Of a DNA stretch of 64,000 nucleotides, positions 37,211-46,455 are shown one piece after another. The notes beneath the pieces were generated by a model, which saw nothing but the letters and a program-made list of their open reading frames with translations, did no database searches and was not told the DNA's origin. The translations under genes and the position numbers were made by a program. Location: contig JAIKWY010000094.1 of the NCBI GenBank assembly GCA_024684395.1, positions 10,459 to 74,458 on the forward strand, read 5' to 3'. Source of the stretch: Oscillospiraceae bacterium (lineage in GTDB: Bacteria > Bacillota > Clostridia > Oscillospirales > Ruminococcaceae). The stretch's first letter is position 1. Each line of letters begins with the position of its first letter.

Positions 37211-37570
37211 TTACTTCTTCTTGGACTTCTTCTTTGCCGGCTTTGCAGCAGCGGTCGCGGCAGCAGCGACCTTCTTCGGCGCCTCAGCTTCCTTCTTCGG
37301 GTTGACAGCTTCCTTGAGGCCTCTGCCTGCCTTGAATGCCGGAGCCTTGCCGGACGGGAGCTGGATCGGCTCACGGGTCCTCGGGTTCAGGCAGCGCTTC
37401 TCGGCACGGTCACGTACATCGAACGTGCCAAAGCCCGTCAGAACGACCTTGTCACCCTCTGCGAGTGCATCACGGATGGCATCAAAGATGAAGCAGACAT
37501 CTGCCTCGGCGTCCTTCTTCTTGCGGTCACGGGCTTTTGCGTACATTGCGATCAGTTCAGACTTTGTCAT
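37211..37570 (-). CDS. hup: HU-family DNA-binding protein with Lys/Ala-rich C-terminal tail
   Basis: HU core: MTKSELI...GFGTFDVRDRAEKRCLNPRTREPIQLPSGKAPAFKAG. Tail: KKEAEAPKKVAAAATAAAKPAKKKSKKK. Confidence 0.9.
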   Translation of the reverse strand: MTKSELIAMYAKARDRKKKDAEADVCFIFDAIRDALAEGDKVVLTGFGTFDVRDRAEKRCLNPRTREPIQLPSGKAPAFKAGRGLKEAVNPKKEAEAPKKVAAAATAAAKPAKKKSKKK

Positions 37571-37656
37571 GGTGGTATCCTCCTACTATCATATTATGGT
37601 GTTGATAAAAGATTTTCAGATCGCTTCCCCCGCCTCCGGAGGGAAGCGATGCAAGA

Positions 37657-38481
37657 TCATTCTGTATCCTTTTGCAGTGCCTTGCGATGTGCTTCCTTGG
37701 CATTTGACCAATAGGCATCGAGCTCGTCAGCGTTCAGCTCCGGCATCTTGTGGCCGGCGGCTGATGCGAGCTGCTCTGCAACCGCAAAGCGGTCGATGAA
37801 TTTCTCCGTTGCACGGGTCAGTGCTTCCTCGGCGTCAATGCCCAGATGCCGTGCCGTGTTGACACAGGAGAACAGCAGGTCGCCCAGCTCCTCCTCGATC
37901 TGTGCCTTGTCCTCGGCAGCCATCGCCTGCTGTAATTCGGCACGTTCCGCCAGAATGCAGTTGAACGCATCCTCTGCCGATGCAAAATCCATGCCGGCTC
38001 TTCCGGCACGCTTGCCGACCTTCTGGGCACGGGCGAGCGCCGGGAGCGACTTTGCCACGCTGCGGAGCGTGTCGGCATAGGTCTCCTGCCCCTTGGTCTC
38101 CTTCTTGATGGCATCCCAGTTGCGCAGGACGGTCTCGGTATCGTCCGCACGGACATCCCCGAACACATGAGGATGGCGGATGATGAGCTTCTTGCAGATC
38201 CCGTCACAGACGGCATCGAAGTCGAATGCCTTCTCCTCCTCCGCAAGGGTGCAGTGGAAAACGACCTGCAACAGGACGTCGCCCAGCTCCTCCTCCATCA
38301 GCGGCATGTCGAGGAGGTCGATCGCCTCCACCGCTTCATATGCCTCTTCGAGGAAGTCATTGCGGATGGACTGGTGGTTCTGCTCCTTGTCCCACGGACA
38401 GCCGCCCGGAGAGCGCAGGAGCCTCACGATCTCACGCAGATCGGAGATCGTATAATGCGGTTTCTGTTCGTATTCTACCAT
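37657..38481 (-). CDS. mazG: nucleoside triphosphate pyrophosphohydrolase MazG
   Basis: Tandem MazG domains, with EEAYEAVEAI, EELGDVLLQV and a second EELGDLLF. Confidence 0.92.
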   Translation of the reverse strand: MVEYEQKPHYTISDLREIVRLLRSPGGCPWDKEQNHQSIRNDFLEEAYEAVEAIDLLDMPLMEEELGDVLLQVVFHCTLAEEEKAFDFDAVCDGICKKLIIRHPHVFGDVRADDTETVLRNWDAIKKETKGQETYADTLRSVAKSLPALARAQKVGKRAGRAGMDFASAEDAFNCILAERAELQQAMAAEDKAQIEEELGDLLFSCVNTARHLGIDAEEALTRATEKFIDRFAVAEQLASAAGHKMPELNADELDAYWSNAKEAHRKALQKDTE

Positions 38482-38491
38482 AAGAGACCTC

Positions 38492-39517
38492 TTATCTCAG
38501 CTCGGTCGGAACGAAGCCGACCTTCTTGTAGACCTTGTTGAGTGTGCGGTAGGAATAGCGCAGCGCCTCACCTGCACAGCGGGTGTAGCATTCTTTCAGA
38601 TATGCCTTGTCTGCGATCAGGCGGGCATATTCATTGCGGACAGGCGCCAGATGATCGGCAACAGCCTCGCCGACAGCGAGCTTGAAGGTGCCGTAGCCCT
38701 GCCCCTCGAACTCCTTGACGGCTTCCTCGATGGTCTTGCCGGTCACAGCGGAGTAGATGGTCAGCAGGTTGTTGATGCCGTCCTTGCCCTCCTTGAAGAC
38801 GATCTCCGCCTCGGAATCGGTCACGGCACGCTTGAACTTGCGCAGGATCGTGTCCTTGTCGTCGAGGATGAAGATGGTGGCATTCGGGTTTTCGTCGGAC
38901 TTGGACATCTTCTTGGTCGGCTCCTGGAGGCTCATGACCTTCGCACCGACCGGCGGCATATAGCCCTCCGGGATCTTGAAGGTCTCGCCGTAGCGACTGT
39001 TGAAGCGCCGTGCGATGGTTCTTGCCAGTTCCAGATGCTGCATCTGGTCAACGCCCACCGGCACGAGGTCGGGGTTGTAGATCAGGATGTCCGCAGCCAT
39101 CAGAACGGGATAGTCGAACAGACCGGCGTTGATGTCGTCGGGGTGCTTCTTCGACTTGTCCTTGAACTGTGTCATACGGGAGAGCTCACCGAACTGCGTC
39201 GAGCAGTTGAGCACCCAGGAGAGCTGGGAGTGCGTCGGCACATGACTCTGGATGAACACGAGCGACTTGTCCAGGTCGATGCCGCAGGCAAGGAGCTGTG
39301 CATAGGCTTCAAGCGTCTTCTGGCGCAGCTTTGCCGGCTCGATCTTCACGGTGATAGCGTGCTGGTCAGCAATGAAGTAGAAGCAGCGGCACTCGTCCTG
39401 GAGCGGGCCCCAGTTGCGGACAGCGCCGATGTAATTGCCGAGGGTGAAGGTACCTGTCGGCTGGATGCCGCTCAGGATCAGCTTCTTTTCAGGGGTTGCC
39501 GAAGTCTGTTCACTCAT
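38492..39517 (-). CDS. trpS: tryptophan--tRNA ligase
   Basis: The class I HIGH-type motif is in GIQPTGTFTLGNYIGA. The KMSKS motif is present literally (KKMSKSD). Confidence 0.96.
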   Translation of the reverse strand: MSEQTSATPEKKLILSGIQPTGTFTLGNYIGAVRNWGPLQDECRCFYFIADQHAITVKIEPAKLRQKTLEAYAQLLACGIDLDKSLVFIQSHVPTHSQLSWVLNCSTQFGELSRMTQFKDKSKKHPDDINAGLFDYPVLMAADILIYNPDLVPVGVDQMQHLELARTIARRFNSRYGETFKIPEGYMPPVGAKVMSLQEPTKKMSKSDENPNATIFILDDKDTILRKFKRAVTDSEAEIVFKEGKDGINNLLTIYSAVTGKTIEEAVKEFEGQGYGTFKLAVGEAVADHLAPVRNEYARLIADKAYLKECYTRCAGEALRYSYRTLNKVYKKVGFVPTELR

Positions 39518-40050
39518 TTCTTGCCATCCTCCGGAAGACCCTCTGCATCACGCATCTGCGCCATACGCAGTGCGCCCATCATCTGCTGGTAGAGGTAGTA
39601 TACGACACGCTTTTCCTTGTCCTCCTCGGTGAACTGACCGGGGGTGATCTCTGTCTTGTAGACACCACGCTTTGTCAGCAGATAGACAAAATGCGTATTG
39701 CCGACCGGAAGCGGGAAGGAAGAGGTGCGCTTTGCCTTTGCCTTGAGGGGCGTTGCATTGACAACGAGGTTGCGGGCTGCCTGTACAACAGCCTTATAGC
39801 GCATGGAAGCGCCGGTATACTCGCCGCCGGTGTTGAAGTAGAGGTTTGCAGCGCCGTTGAGGAAGCACACCATCGTCACCATGATCTCGGGACCCATCGG
39901 TACGTCGATCACGATGCCGTATACTTCATCGGACTTGACCTTGATGCCCTTGAGCTGTGCGGGAGTGATATGCAGTGCGCTGTTTCTTGTCTGGAGATAT
40001 TTGGGAGTCACCGGATAGGGATCCAGCGGGGAACGTCTGATAACTGCCAT
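39514..40050 (-). CDS. hypothetical protein translationally coupled to trpS
   Basis: 178 aa with no recognisable motif. Its stop overlaps the trpS start by 4 nt. Confidence 0.6.
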   Translation of the reverse strand: MAVIRRSPLDPYPVTPKYLQTRNSALHITPAQLKGIKVKSDEVYGIVIDVPMGPEIMVTMVCFLNGAANLYFNTGGEYTGASMRYKAVVQAARNLVVNATPLKAKAKRTSSFPLPVGNTHFVYLLTKRGVYKTEITPGQFTEEDKEKRVVYYLYQQMMGALRMAQMRDAEGLPEDGKK

Positions 40051-40079
40051 AATGGTTCTGATCCTTTCTTATCAAAAAG

Positions 40080-41285
40080 TTATTCTCCGAACATTTCCTT
40101 CGTCAGGCTGCCCAAAATCCGGGTACCCTTGTCGATGGCTGCGTCGGTCGGGGTGGAGTAGTTCATGCGGAAGGAATAGGTCACGTCCTCCTCGGATACC
40201 ATGAAGGCGCTGCCGGGAACGAGAGCGACCTTGTACTCTGCAACGGCTCTCTTGCAGAAGCCCATCATGTCCTCGCCCTCCGGCAGTGTACACCAGAGGA
40301 ACAGACCGCCCTGCGGACGGGTGTAGGAGATCTTGGAGGAGAAATTCTCGGCGATGCCACGCATCATGCGCTCAGCCTTCTGCTTGTAGATGCTGCGCAG
40401 GGAGGCAAGATGTGCATCGAAATCGCACTCCGTCATGAAGTGATAAGCGAGCATCTGACCGAAGTTGTTGGACTGCACGTCCGAAACCTGCTTGCAGACG
40501 ACCATCTTGGAGATGACCTCCTTCGGAGCGATGCCGTAGCCGACACGGATGCCGGGGGCAAGCACCTTAGAGAAGGAGCCTGCATAGATGACACGGTTGT
40601 CCGTGTCCATGCTCTTGATCGACGGCACATCCTCACCGGCGAAGCGAAGGTCGCCGTAGGGGTTGTCCTCGAGGATCATGGTGTTGTACTTCTGAGCGAG
40701 CGCATAGAGCTCCTTGCGGCGGGCAAGCGTTGTGGTCTTGCCGGTCGGGTTCTGGAAGTTCGGGATGAGGTAGATCAGCTTGGTGTTCGGGTTCGCCTTG
40801 AGGGTCTCCTCGAGCTTTGCCGGATCCATACCCTCGTCATCGAGCGGCACGCCCACGAGGTTGACGTTGTAGGACTTGAATGCATTGAGCGAACCGATGA
40901 AGCTCGGTGCCTCGCAGATGAGCGTATCACCGGCATTGCAGAGCGACTTGCAGGCAAGCTCCATGACCTGCTGCGCACCGGAGGTGATGATGAGATCCTC
41001 GGTGTCAGCCTTGAAGTTGCCGGCAGCAGCCATGCGCTGCTTCATCAGATCACGCAGCGGCGTGTAACCCTCGGTAATGCCATACTGGAGCACAGCGATC
41101 GGCTCCTCTGCAAAGAGCTTTGCAGAGATCTCCTGTACCTTCTCGACCGGGAATGCCTCGGGGGCAGGGTTGCCGGCAGCAAAGGAGATGACCTCCGGAT
41201 CGGAGGTGAATTTCAGGATCTCACGGATGGCAGATGCCTGGAGGTGAGAAACCTTTTCGGAAAATACATAATTCATAGATTCCAT
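40080..41285 (-). CDS. PLP-dependent aminotransferase, class I/II (LysN/aromatic-type)
   Basis: 401 aa. Motifs: IPNFQNPTG and the PLP-lysine context GSFSKVLAPGIRVGY. Confidence 0.88.
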   Translation of the reverse strand: MESMNYVFSEKVSHLQASAIREILKFTSDPEVISFAAGNPAPEAFPVEKVQEISAKLFAEEPIAVLQYGITEGYTPLRDLMKQRMAAAGNFKADTEDLIITSGAQQVMELACKSLCNAGDTLICEAPSFIGSLNAFKSYNVNLVGVPLDDEGMDPAKLEETLKANPNTKLIYLIPNFQNPTGKTTTLARRKELYALAQKYNTMILEDNPYGDLRFAGEDVPSIKSMDTDNRVIYAGSFSKVLAPGIRVGYGIAPKEVISKMVVCKQVSDVQSNNFGQMLAYHFMTECDFDAHLASLRSIYKQKAERMMRGIAENFSSKISYTRPQGGLFLWCTLPEGEDMMGFCKRAVAEYKVALVPGSAFMVSEEDVTYSFRMNYSTPTDAAIDKGTRILGSLTKEMFGE

Positions 41286-41376
41286 TCCTTTTGCATAGTA
41301 TTACAGACGGCGGCTGAAAAAATGCCACCATGTCTATTTTACTACAAAAAAGCGATGTTGTCAAGGGGGGGCAGCC

Positions 41377-42981
41377 ATGAAAAATGCACATCGTCATCCG
41401 TCTGTTCTGCGGGGGACACTGATGCTGACGGGATCGGCGCTGGCGGCAAAGCTGCTCGGTGCATTGTTCCGGATCCCGCTCACGTCACAGCTCGGCGGAG
41501 CGGGCATGGGCTACTTCGGCAGCGCCTACGGACTGTTCATGCCGCTGTATGCACTGCTCGTGACCGGGCTCTCGGCATCCGTGGCACGGCAGGCAGCGGC
41601 ATATCTCGGGCAGAACGATCCCGCAGCCGCAAGAAGGCTCCTGACCGTGGCAAGGCGCTTCGCACTGGCGGCAGGACTTGCCGGAACGCTCGCAGCAGCG
41701 GCATGTTCCGGCGTGTTCCTCCGTCTGACAGGCAGCTCCCCGGAAGCGCTCCCCGCCGTGCTGGCGCTGTCCCCGGCAGTGATGCTCTGCTGTCTGTCCG
41801 CCGTGGAGCGGGGCTACCGGGAAAGCATGTGCCGCATGGCACCGACGGCGCTCTCGCAGCTTGCCGAAGCGCTCGTGCGTCTGATCGCCGGTCTGGCGCT
41901 GGCAGGGCTCTGGATGCGGGAGCCGCCGCCGTTTTTAGCAGGCTACAGCCCTGCGGCAGCAGGTGCCTGCGGAGCGGTCACAGGCGTGACACTGGCATCC
42001 CTTGCCGGATGGCTGACCGTCCTGCGCCGGGAACCGCCCGTATCCGGTGCCGTGCCGCAGGATCGGGAGCTTTTGCGCAAGCTGCTGCACATGCTCATCC
42101 CGGCGGCATTGGCAGCGCTGGTGACGGAGCTGACCGCCCTGACCGATCTGCTCACGATGCAGCACAGCTTCGAGCGACAGCTCCATGAAGATGCAGCGGC
42201 GTTCTATGCACAGGTCGGGCTCTCCCGGACGATCCCCCAGGAACATGCGGCTGCCTTCGTCTACGGCTCCTACATGGGGCTTGCCGCAGCCGTCGCAGGG
42301 CTGGTGCCGAATTTAGCCGCCATGCCCGCCAAGGCAGCGCTCCCCTGCGCCGCACAAGCATGGGAAGCCGACGACCGGAACGCCGCAGCAGCCTGTGCAA
42401 AGCAGGTGCTCGGCATGACGCTCATGGCGGCAGTACCGGCGGGATGTCTGCTGTACAGCCTGCCGGAAGGGGCACTGCAATTCCTCTTTGCCGGGAGAAT
42501 GGCGGAGATCCGCATCGCAGCGGGCGCCCTGCGCTGTCTGACACCGGGGATGGTCTGCCTCTGCCTGACAGTACCGGCGTTCAGCCTGTTGCAGGCAGCC
42601 GGACGGGCAGATCTTCCCGTAAAGCTGATGCTCCCCGCAGCCGCCGTCAAGCTGCTCGGGAATCTGCTGCTCCTGCCCGGCATGGGGACGGCGGGCGCAG
42701 CGCTTGCCACGAGCCTGAGCCAGGCGGTGCTGCTCCTCTGCGTGCTGCTTGCGATGCGTAAGGTCTTCGGCAGCGGGCTCCTCCCCTGCAAAACGGCGGT
42801 CAGGATGCTCTACAGCGGGAGCCTCTGCGCCGGCGCAGCATGGCTCTGCTATACCCGTCTGCGCTGTCTGTTCCCGCAGCGTGCAGCGTTTCTGCTCGCC
42901 CTGCTGGCAGGGATGGGGAGCTATGCCGGAACGCTTCTCCTGACAGACGGCATAAGACCGCCGGCGCTTTCCCACGAATGA
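41377..42981 (+). CDS. MOP-superfamily flippase (SpoVB/MurJ-like polysaccharide biosynthesis protein)
   Basis: 534 aa with about 14 TM segments. N-terminus: GTLMLTGSALAAKLLGALFRIPLTSQLG. Confidence 0.78.
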   Translation: MKNAHRHPSVLRGTLMLTGSALAAKLLGALFRIPLTSQLGGAGMGYFGSAYGLFMPLYALLVTGLSASVARQAAAYLGQNDPAAARRLLTVARRFALAAGLAGTLAAAACSGVFLRLTGSSPEALPAVLALSPAVMLCCLSAVERGYRESMCRMAPTALSQLAEALVRLIAGLALAGLWMREPPPFLAGYSPAAAGACGAVTGVTLASLAGWLTVLRREPPVSGAVPQDRELLRKLLHMLIPAALAALVTELTALTDLLTMQHSFERQLHEDAAAFYAQVGLSRTIPQEHAAAFVYGSYMGLAAAVAGLVPNLAAMPAKAALPCAAQAWEADDRNAAAACAKQVLGMTLMAAVPAGCLLYSLPEGALQFLFAGRMAEIRIAAGALRCLTPGMVCLCLTVPAFSLLQAAGRADLPVKLMLPAAAVKLLGNLLLLPGMGTAGAALATSLSQAVLLLCVLLAMRKVFGSGLLPCKTAVRMLYSGSLCAGAAWLCYTRLRCLFPQRAAFLLALLAGMGSYAGTLLLTDGIRPPALSHE

Positions 42982-42999
42982 TATTAGCCCCAACAAAAA

Positions 43000-43026
43000 C
43001 AGGCAGCCGCCGGCTGCCTGTTTTAT
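43000..43026. terminator. bidirectional terminator (flippase gene / minus-strand sORF)
   Basis: CAGGCAGCC-GCC-GGCTGCCTG, flanked by AAAAA and TTTT. Confidence 0.8.
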
Positions 43027-43088
43027 CATCGTATAGATAGCTCTGAAAACGCAGTTTTCAGAAACGTGATGTGCGGCGATCGCCCTTA

Positions 43089-43193
43089 TCACATCTGACC
43101 GATCTCACCGCCATTGCCCTTGCTTGCAGTGATGATATCCTCATTCTCAAACTCGATGATCTCCATCTCCGGAACGATATAAGTTTCCTTCAT
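43089..43193 (-). CDS. small ORF (34 aa), EDIITAS-motif peptide, paralog of 22535..22669
   Basis: GAAAGGAG, then 8 nt, then ATG. My own translation is MKETYIVPEMEIIEFENEDIITASKGNGGEIGQM. It lies 42 nt downstream of a secreted-protein gene. A bidirectional terminator follows at 43000-43026. Confidence 0.6.
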   Translation of the reverse strand: MKETYIVPEMEIIEFENEDIITASKGNGGEIGQM

Positions 43194-43235
43194 CGCAGGC
43201 TACTCCTTTCGTATGATTCATGGTTACAACAGATG

Positions 43236-44699
43236 TCAGGATACATAGTTATCCGCTGCCAGGCTATAAGCGATCAGAGCGTTTGCCATGAGATAGTCCG
43301 TCTCCGAAACGGTCTCGGGGTATGTGTCCGGATAATTCTGATGCAGCAGGTATTTGTAGCTCGCACGGAATGACCACCCAAGCGGCGTAAACTGATACGT
43401 CTTGCCATTTGCAGCATCGATCGTTAAAGGCGAGCTGAGCTGCTGCGGCAAAAGCCCCGTAACCTGATAGTAGGACGGGAAGTCTGCCTTGGTGCTCTCG
43501 ATCGTGCTTGCGAACGGCGCCTTGCCGTTTGCCCCAGGCTGAACGCCCTTCACATACAGCCGCACAGCCGTCTTGGAATTGAGCACGAGTGACATCAGGG
43601 TATCCTCATCCAAGAACTGATGAGCTTCTTTCACAACATCCCAATAGTTATTCCGACCGAGCACGACCATTGCATTATTTGAACAGTCCGTAACGTAGCT
43701 TACATGCTCCTCATTCGCAGGATCCAGCGTCACACCGAAGTACATATCCGAAGCCTGGCAGAAGCCCATTGTAGCATAGATCAGAGCAAGCTCCTTCTTC
43801 TGAGCCTCTGTAATGGTCCCGTTCTTGTACAATTCAAGAAGCTTCTCACTCTCACCCTGCAAATACGATGCCGCATTCCAGGTGGTATGTGTATGTGTGT
43901 TATCCGTCTCGTCCTTGCGATAGAGGTTCGCCGTGATCTTCCCCTTGAAATCCTTGGCATAGAAATGCGCAGACACATAGTACTTATCCAGCTTTTCGTT
44001 GTAAAGGATCTCCGATTTCTCGTCTGTCGTAGCGCCCTCAAACGTTGCATAATAATCCTTGTAGTTCTCTGCCGTGATCATATCATCAGTATAGAAATTC
44101 AGTGCCAGATCATCCGCAAGAGAGAGAGACGCACTCGTGAACGCCGGGAAATCCATATCCACAAGATAATGCACCGTGATCTCATCGAACTGGATCGCAT
44201 AATCCCCAAGTGCCGCATAGCCCTGCGGACCATTGGTCGAACCAATGTTAAGAGATTGGCCATTTACACCATTGATCGTGAGCGTCCTGCCCGGAGTAAG
44301 CCCGCCGTCCGGAGGTACCAGATTGCCGCTGGACACCGAAACATTGTTGAGACTGCTTGTGTTGCCGACATAAGAGCATTTCATCTCCACATAATCGATC
44401 GTTGCGCCATTCAGTGCTCCGATATGCAGCTCTGCCCCATCACTGCCGATATCGACGCCGTTCGCATCGCCCTTCGTGGACAGCACTTTTACATACTCCG
44501 TTTCCCCGACCAGCATCTCGGAACTGTAAGCACCGCCCTGGAAGGTCAGCTCAAACGTGATGAACTTCGACACCGTACCCGTATATGCCTGTGCCACAAT
44601 CTCCGAGTCGCCGCCCGTTACAAGTCCCGTCGGCAACCCCCCGGTGAGAAGTGCCAGAGCGAGCAGACCTGACGTTGCCTTCTTCCATGTGTGTTTCAT
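43236..44699 (-). CDS. secreted protein, unknown function
   Basis: 487 aa. Signal peptide: MKHTWKKATSGLLALALLTGGLP. The N-terminal part looks beta-rich. No catalytic motif is recognisable. Confidence 0.7.
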   Translation of the reverse strand: MKHTWKKATSGLLALALLTGGLPTGLVTGGDSEIVAQAYTGTVSKFITFELTFQGGAYSSEMLVGETEYVKVLSTKGDANGVDIGSDGAELHIGALNGATIDYVEMKCSYVGNTSSLNNVSVSSGNLVPPDGGLTPGRTLTINGVNGQSLNIGSTNGPQGYAALGDYAIQFDEITVHYLVDMDFPAFTSASLSLADDLALNFYTDDMITAENYKDYYATFEGATTDEKSEILYNEKLDKYYVSAHFYAKDFKGKITANLYRKDETDNTHTHTTWNAASYLQGESEKLLELYKNGTITEAQKKELALIYATMGFCQASDMYFGVTLDPANEEHVSYVTDCSNNAMVVLGRNNYWDVVKEAHQFLDEDTLMSLVLNSKTAVRLYVKGVQPGANGKAPFASTIESTKADFPSYYQVTGLLPQQLSSPLTIDAANGKTYQFTPLGWSFRASYKYLLHQNYPDTYPETVSETDYLMANALIAYSLAADNYVS

Positions 44700-44828
44700 G
44701 TTCGTTCCTCCTTATTTCATGTTATTTCCAAAAGCGCACCGCCCGGGACCGCCCCCTTGCGATACGCCTTTTTGACGATAGTACCGCAAAAAGCGCTGTT
44801 CATAGATCATTCATTTCTGAATACTTGT

Positions 44829-44857
44829 ATTATATCACAACACACGAAAAAAAGCAA
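44829..44857 (-). promoter_or_regulatory. sigma-A-type promoter (secreted protein 43236..44699 + sORF)
   Basis: The minus strand reads TTGCTT, 17 nt, TATAAT, with TG upstream. The region is AT-rich and the leader is about 120 nt. Confidence 0.55.
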
Positions 44858-44975
44858 GAGGTTTGTTCAATATTTGTTAATATAAGCCAGCTTTGCCCCT
44901 CTGTTTTTATGCTAAATGCAACGCTGCTGCATGATTTTTCCATTCTGAAAACGTTTTCCGCCCCGTCAGAGCCGC

Positions 44976-45008
44976 AAAAAGCGCCTTCCCCGTCACCGGA
45001 GAAGGCGT
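44976..45008 (-). terminator. intrinsic terminator ending the CobW...macro gene string
   Basis: CGCCTTC-loop-GAAGGCG, with TTTTT on the minus strand. Confidence 0.7.
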
Positions 45009-45024
45009 TCTGCATGGTTATGAT

Positions 45025-45306
45025 TCAGTTTTCGTCCGCTTCTCCCGGAAGCGGCATATCGAAGGTTTCCCTGTACTTTTCCCGGATCCCCGCTGCCTCC
45101 GCATCGGTGAGCAGATCCTCAAACTCCGTCAGCAGCGCCGCATAGACCTCATAGCAGTCATAACCGCCGGCAGCATCAAGCAGCTCCTCGGCGCTCGCCC
45201 TTGTGTGCGGCATCTGACCGAGATACTCGCCGATCTCCGGCGCATCCTCGCTTGCCATCCATGCGCCGATGGCATCGTCAAGCGTATCGAAGTGCATCCT
45301 GTCCAC
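45025..45306 (-). CDS. small acidic hypothetical protein
   Basis: 93 aa, very Asp/Glu-rich. It lies 6 nt after the macro-HTH gene and a terminator follows. Confidence 0.55.
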   Translation of the reverse strand: MDRMHFDTLDDAIGAWMASEDAPEIGEYLGQMPHTRASAEELLDAAGGYDCYEVYAALLTEFEDLLTDAEAAGIREKYRETFDMPLPGEADEN

Positions 45307-45312
45307 CTCCGC

Positions 45313-46434
45313 TCACGCCCCGATCAGCATCTGATCGAACGCAAACAGCGCCTCATTGATCTCATAGACATCGTACTTCCCCTTGCGGATGTAGTACTCC
45401 ACGATGATGTCGAACTTGCTGCTGTGCGACAGCGCATAGCCCGCCTTCATCAGCATGTCCTTCGTCTCGTCAAGATCCAGTTCGAGTGCGATCGCAAATG
45501 CGATGACCGTGACCTTTTTCGGACGATACTGCACATCGCCCCGGATCTTCGAGAAGAGCTTCCGGTCGATGTTGGCTTTCTTGTAGCATTCCGCATCCGT
45601 CATGCCCCGCTCGTCGATCAGCCGCAGCAGCATCTGCGAAAAGCTCTCGTCGATGCTGTCGAGCGCCTTTCCCAGACTGGTCGGCACCTCGAAGCTTTCC
45701 TCTTCGAGCGCATCACACGCCGCAGAAGGCGCAGCCTCGGCACGCTTTGCCATGCCCAAGCCCTTGAACCGTGGGCGCTTCTCCCGCTTTTTCTGTGCTT
45801 CCTCCGCAGCCTCCGCCGCAAAATGCGACATCGCCGCAGCGGAGCCCATTACCGCCGCATCTGCCGCCGCCAGCGCATCCCGTGCATTGGCAGCCATCTG
45901 CGGATCTGTGAACCGCTCCCGCAGGAAGCCGCCCAGCTCCCGGAAGCGTCCCTCCCGGAAATCGGCGCTCCGGTCAAAGATGACCAGCCAGACCTCCGGC
46001 TCGTCCTCGGTCTCCCGCAGGAAGTCCGTGATCGTCTGCACAGCGACGTGCATGGCTTCCGCCTTCGGATAGCCAAAGATCCCCGCCGAGATCAGCGGGA
46101 ACGCCACGCTCTTGCAGCCGTTTTCCACGGCGACCTTCAGGCTCTCCCGGTAACAGGACGCCAGCAGCGCCGGTTCCCCGGCATCGCCGCCCCGCCATAC
46201 CGGTCCGACCGTATGGATGACATGCTTCGCCGGCAGGTCATAGCCGCCGGTGATCTTCGCCTCGCCGGTCTTGCACCCGCCGAGCGTGCGGCATTCCGCA
46301 AGCAAGCCCGGACCGGCAGCACGATGGATCGCACCGTCCACCCCGCCGCCCCCGAGCAGAGAGCTGTTGGCGGCATTGACGATGGCATCCACCTGCATTT
46401 TCGTGATATCATTCCGGATGATCTGCAGCGGCAT
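45313..46434 (-). CDS. macro-domain protein (ADP-ribose/O-acetyl-ADP-ribose hydrolase type) fused to a C-terminal HTH-like module
   Basis: Macro motifs: [48 protein letters not shown]. The C-terminus [34 protein letters not shown] is XRE-like. Confidence 0.85.
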   Translation of the reverse strand: MPLQIIRNDITKMQVDAIVNAANSSLLGGGGVDGAIHRAAGPGLLAECRTLGGCKTGEAKITGGYDLPAKHVIHTVGPVWRGGDAGEPALLASCYRESLKVAVENGCKSVAFPLISAGIFGYPKAEAMHVAVQTITDFLRETEDEPEVWLVIFDRSADFREGRFRELGGFLRERFTDPQMAANARDALAAADAAVMGSAAAMSHFAAEAAEEAQKKREKRPRFKGLGMAKRAEAAPSAACDALEEESFEVPTSLGKALDSIDESFSQMLLRLIDERGMTDAECYKKANIDRKLFSKIRGDVQYRPKKVTVIAFAIALELDLDETKDMLMKAGYALSHSSKFDIIVEYYIRKGKYDVYEINEALFAFDQMLIGA

Positions 46435-46455
46435 AGCACAACCTCCTTATGCGAT

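Noticed and set aside
40410-42188. 592-aa plus-strand ORF.
   Set aside because: It runs antisense through the aminotransferase gene and out of frame into the flippase gene. It has no domain signature and an extreme Arg/Ala/Gly bias.
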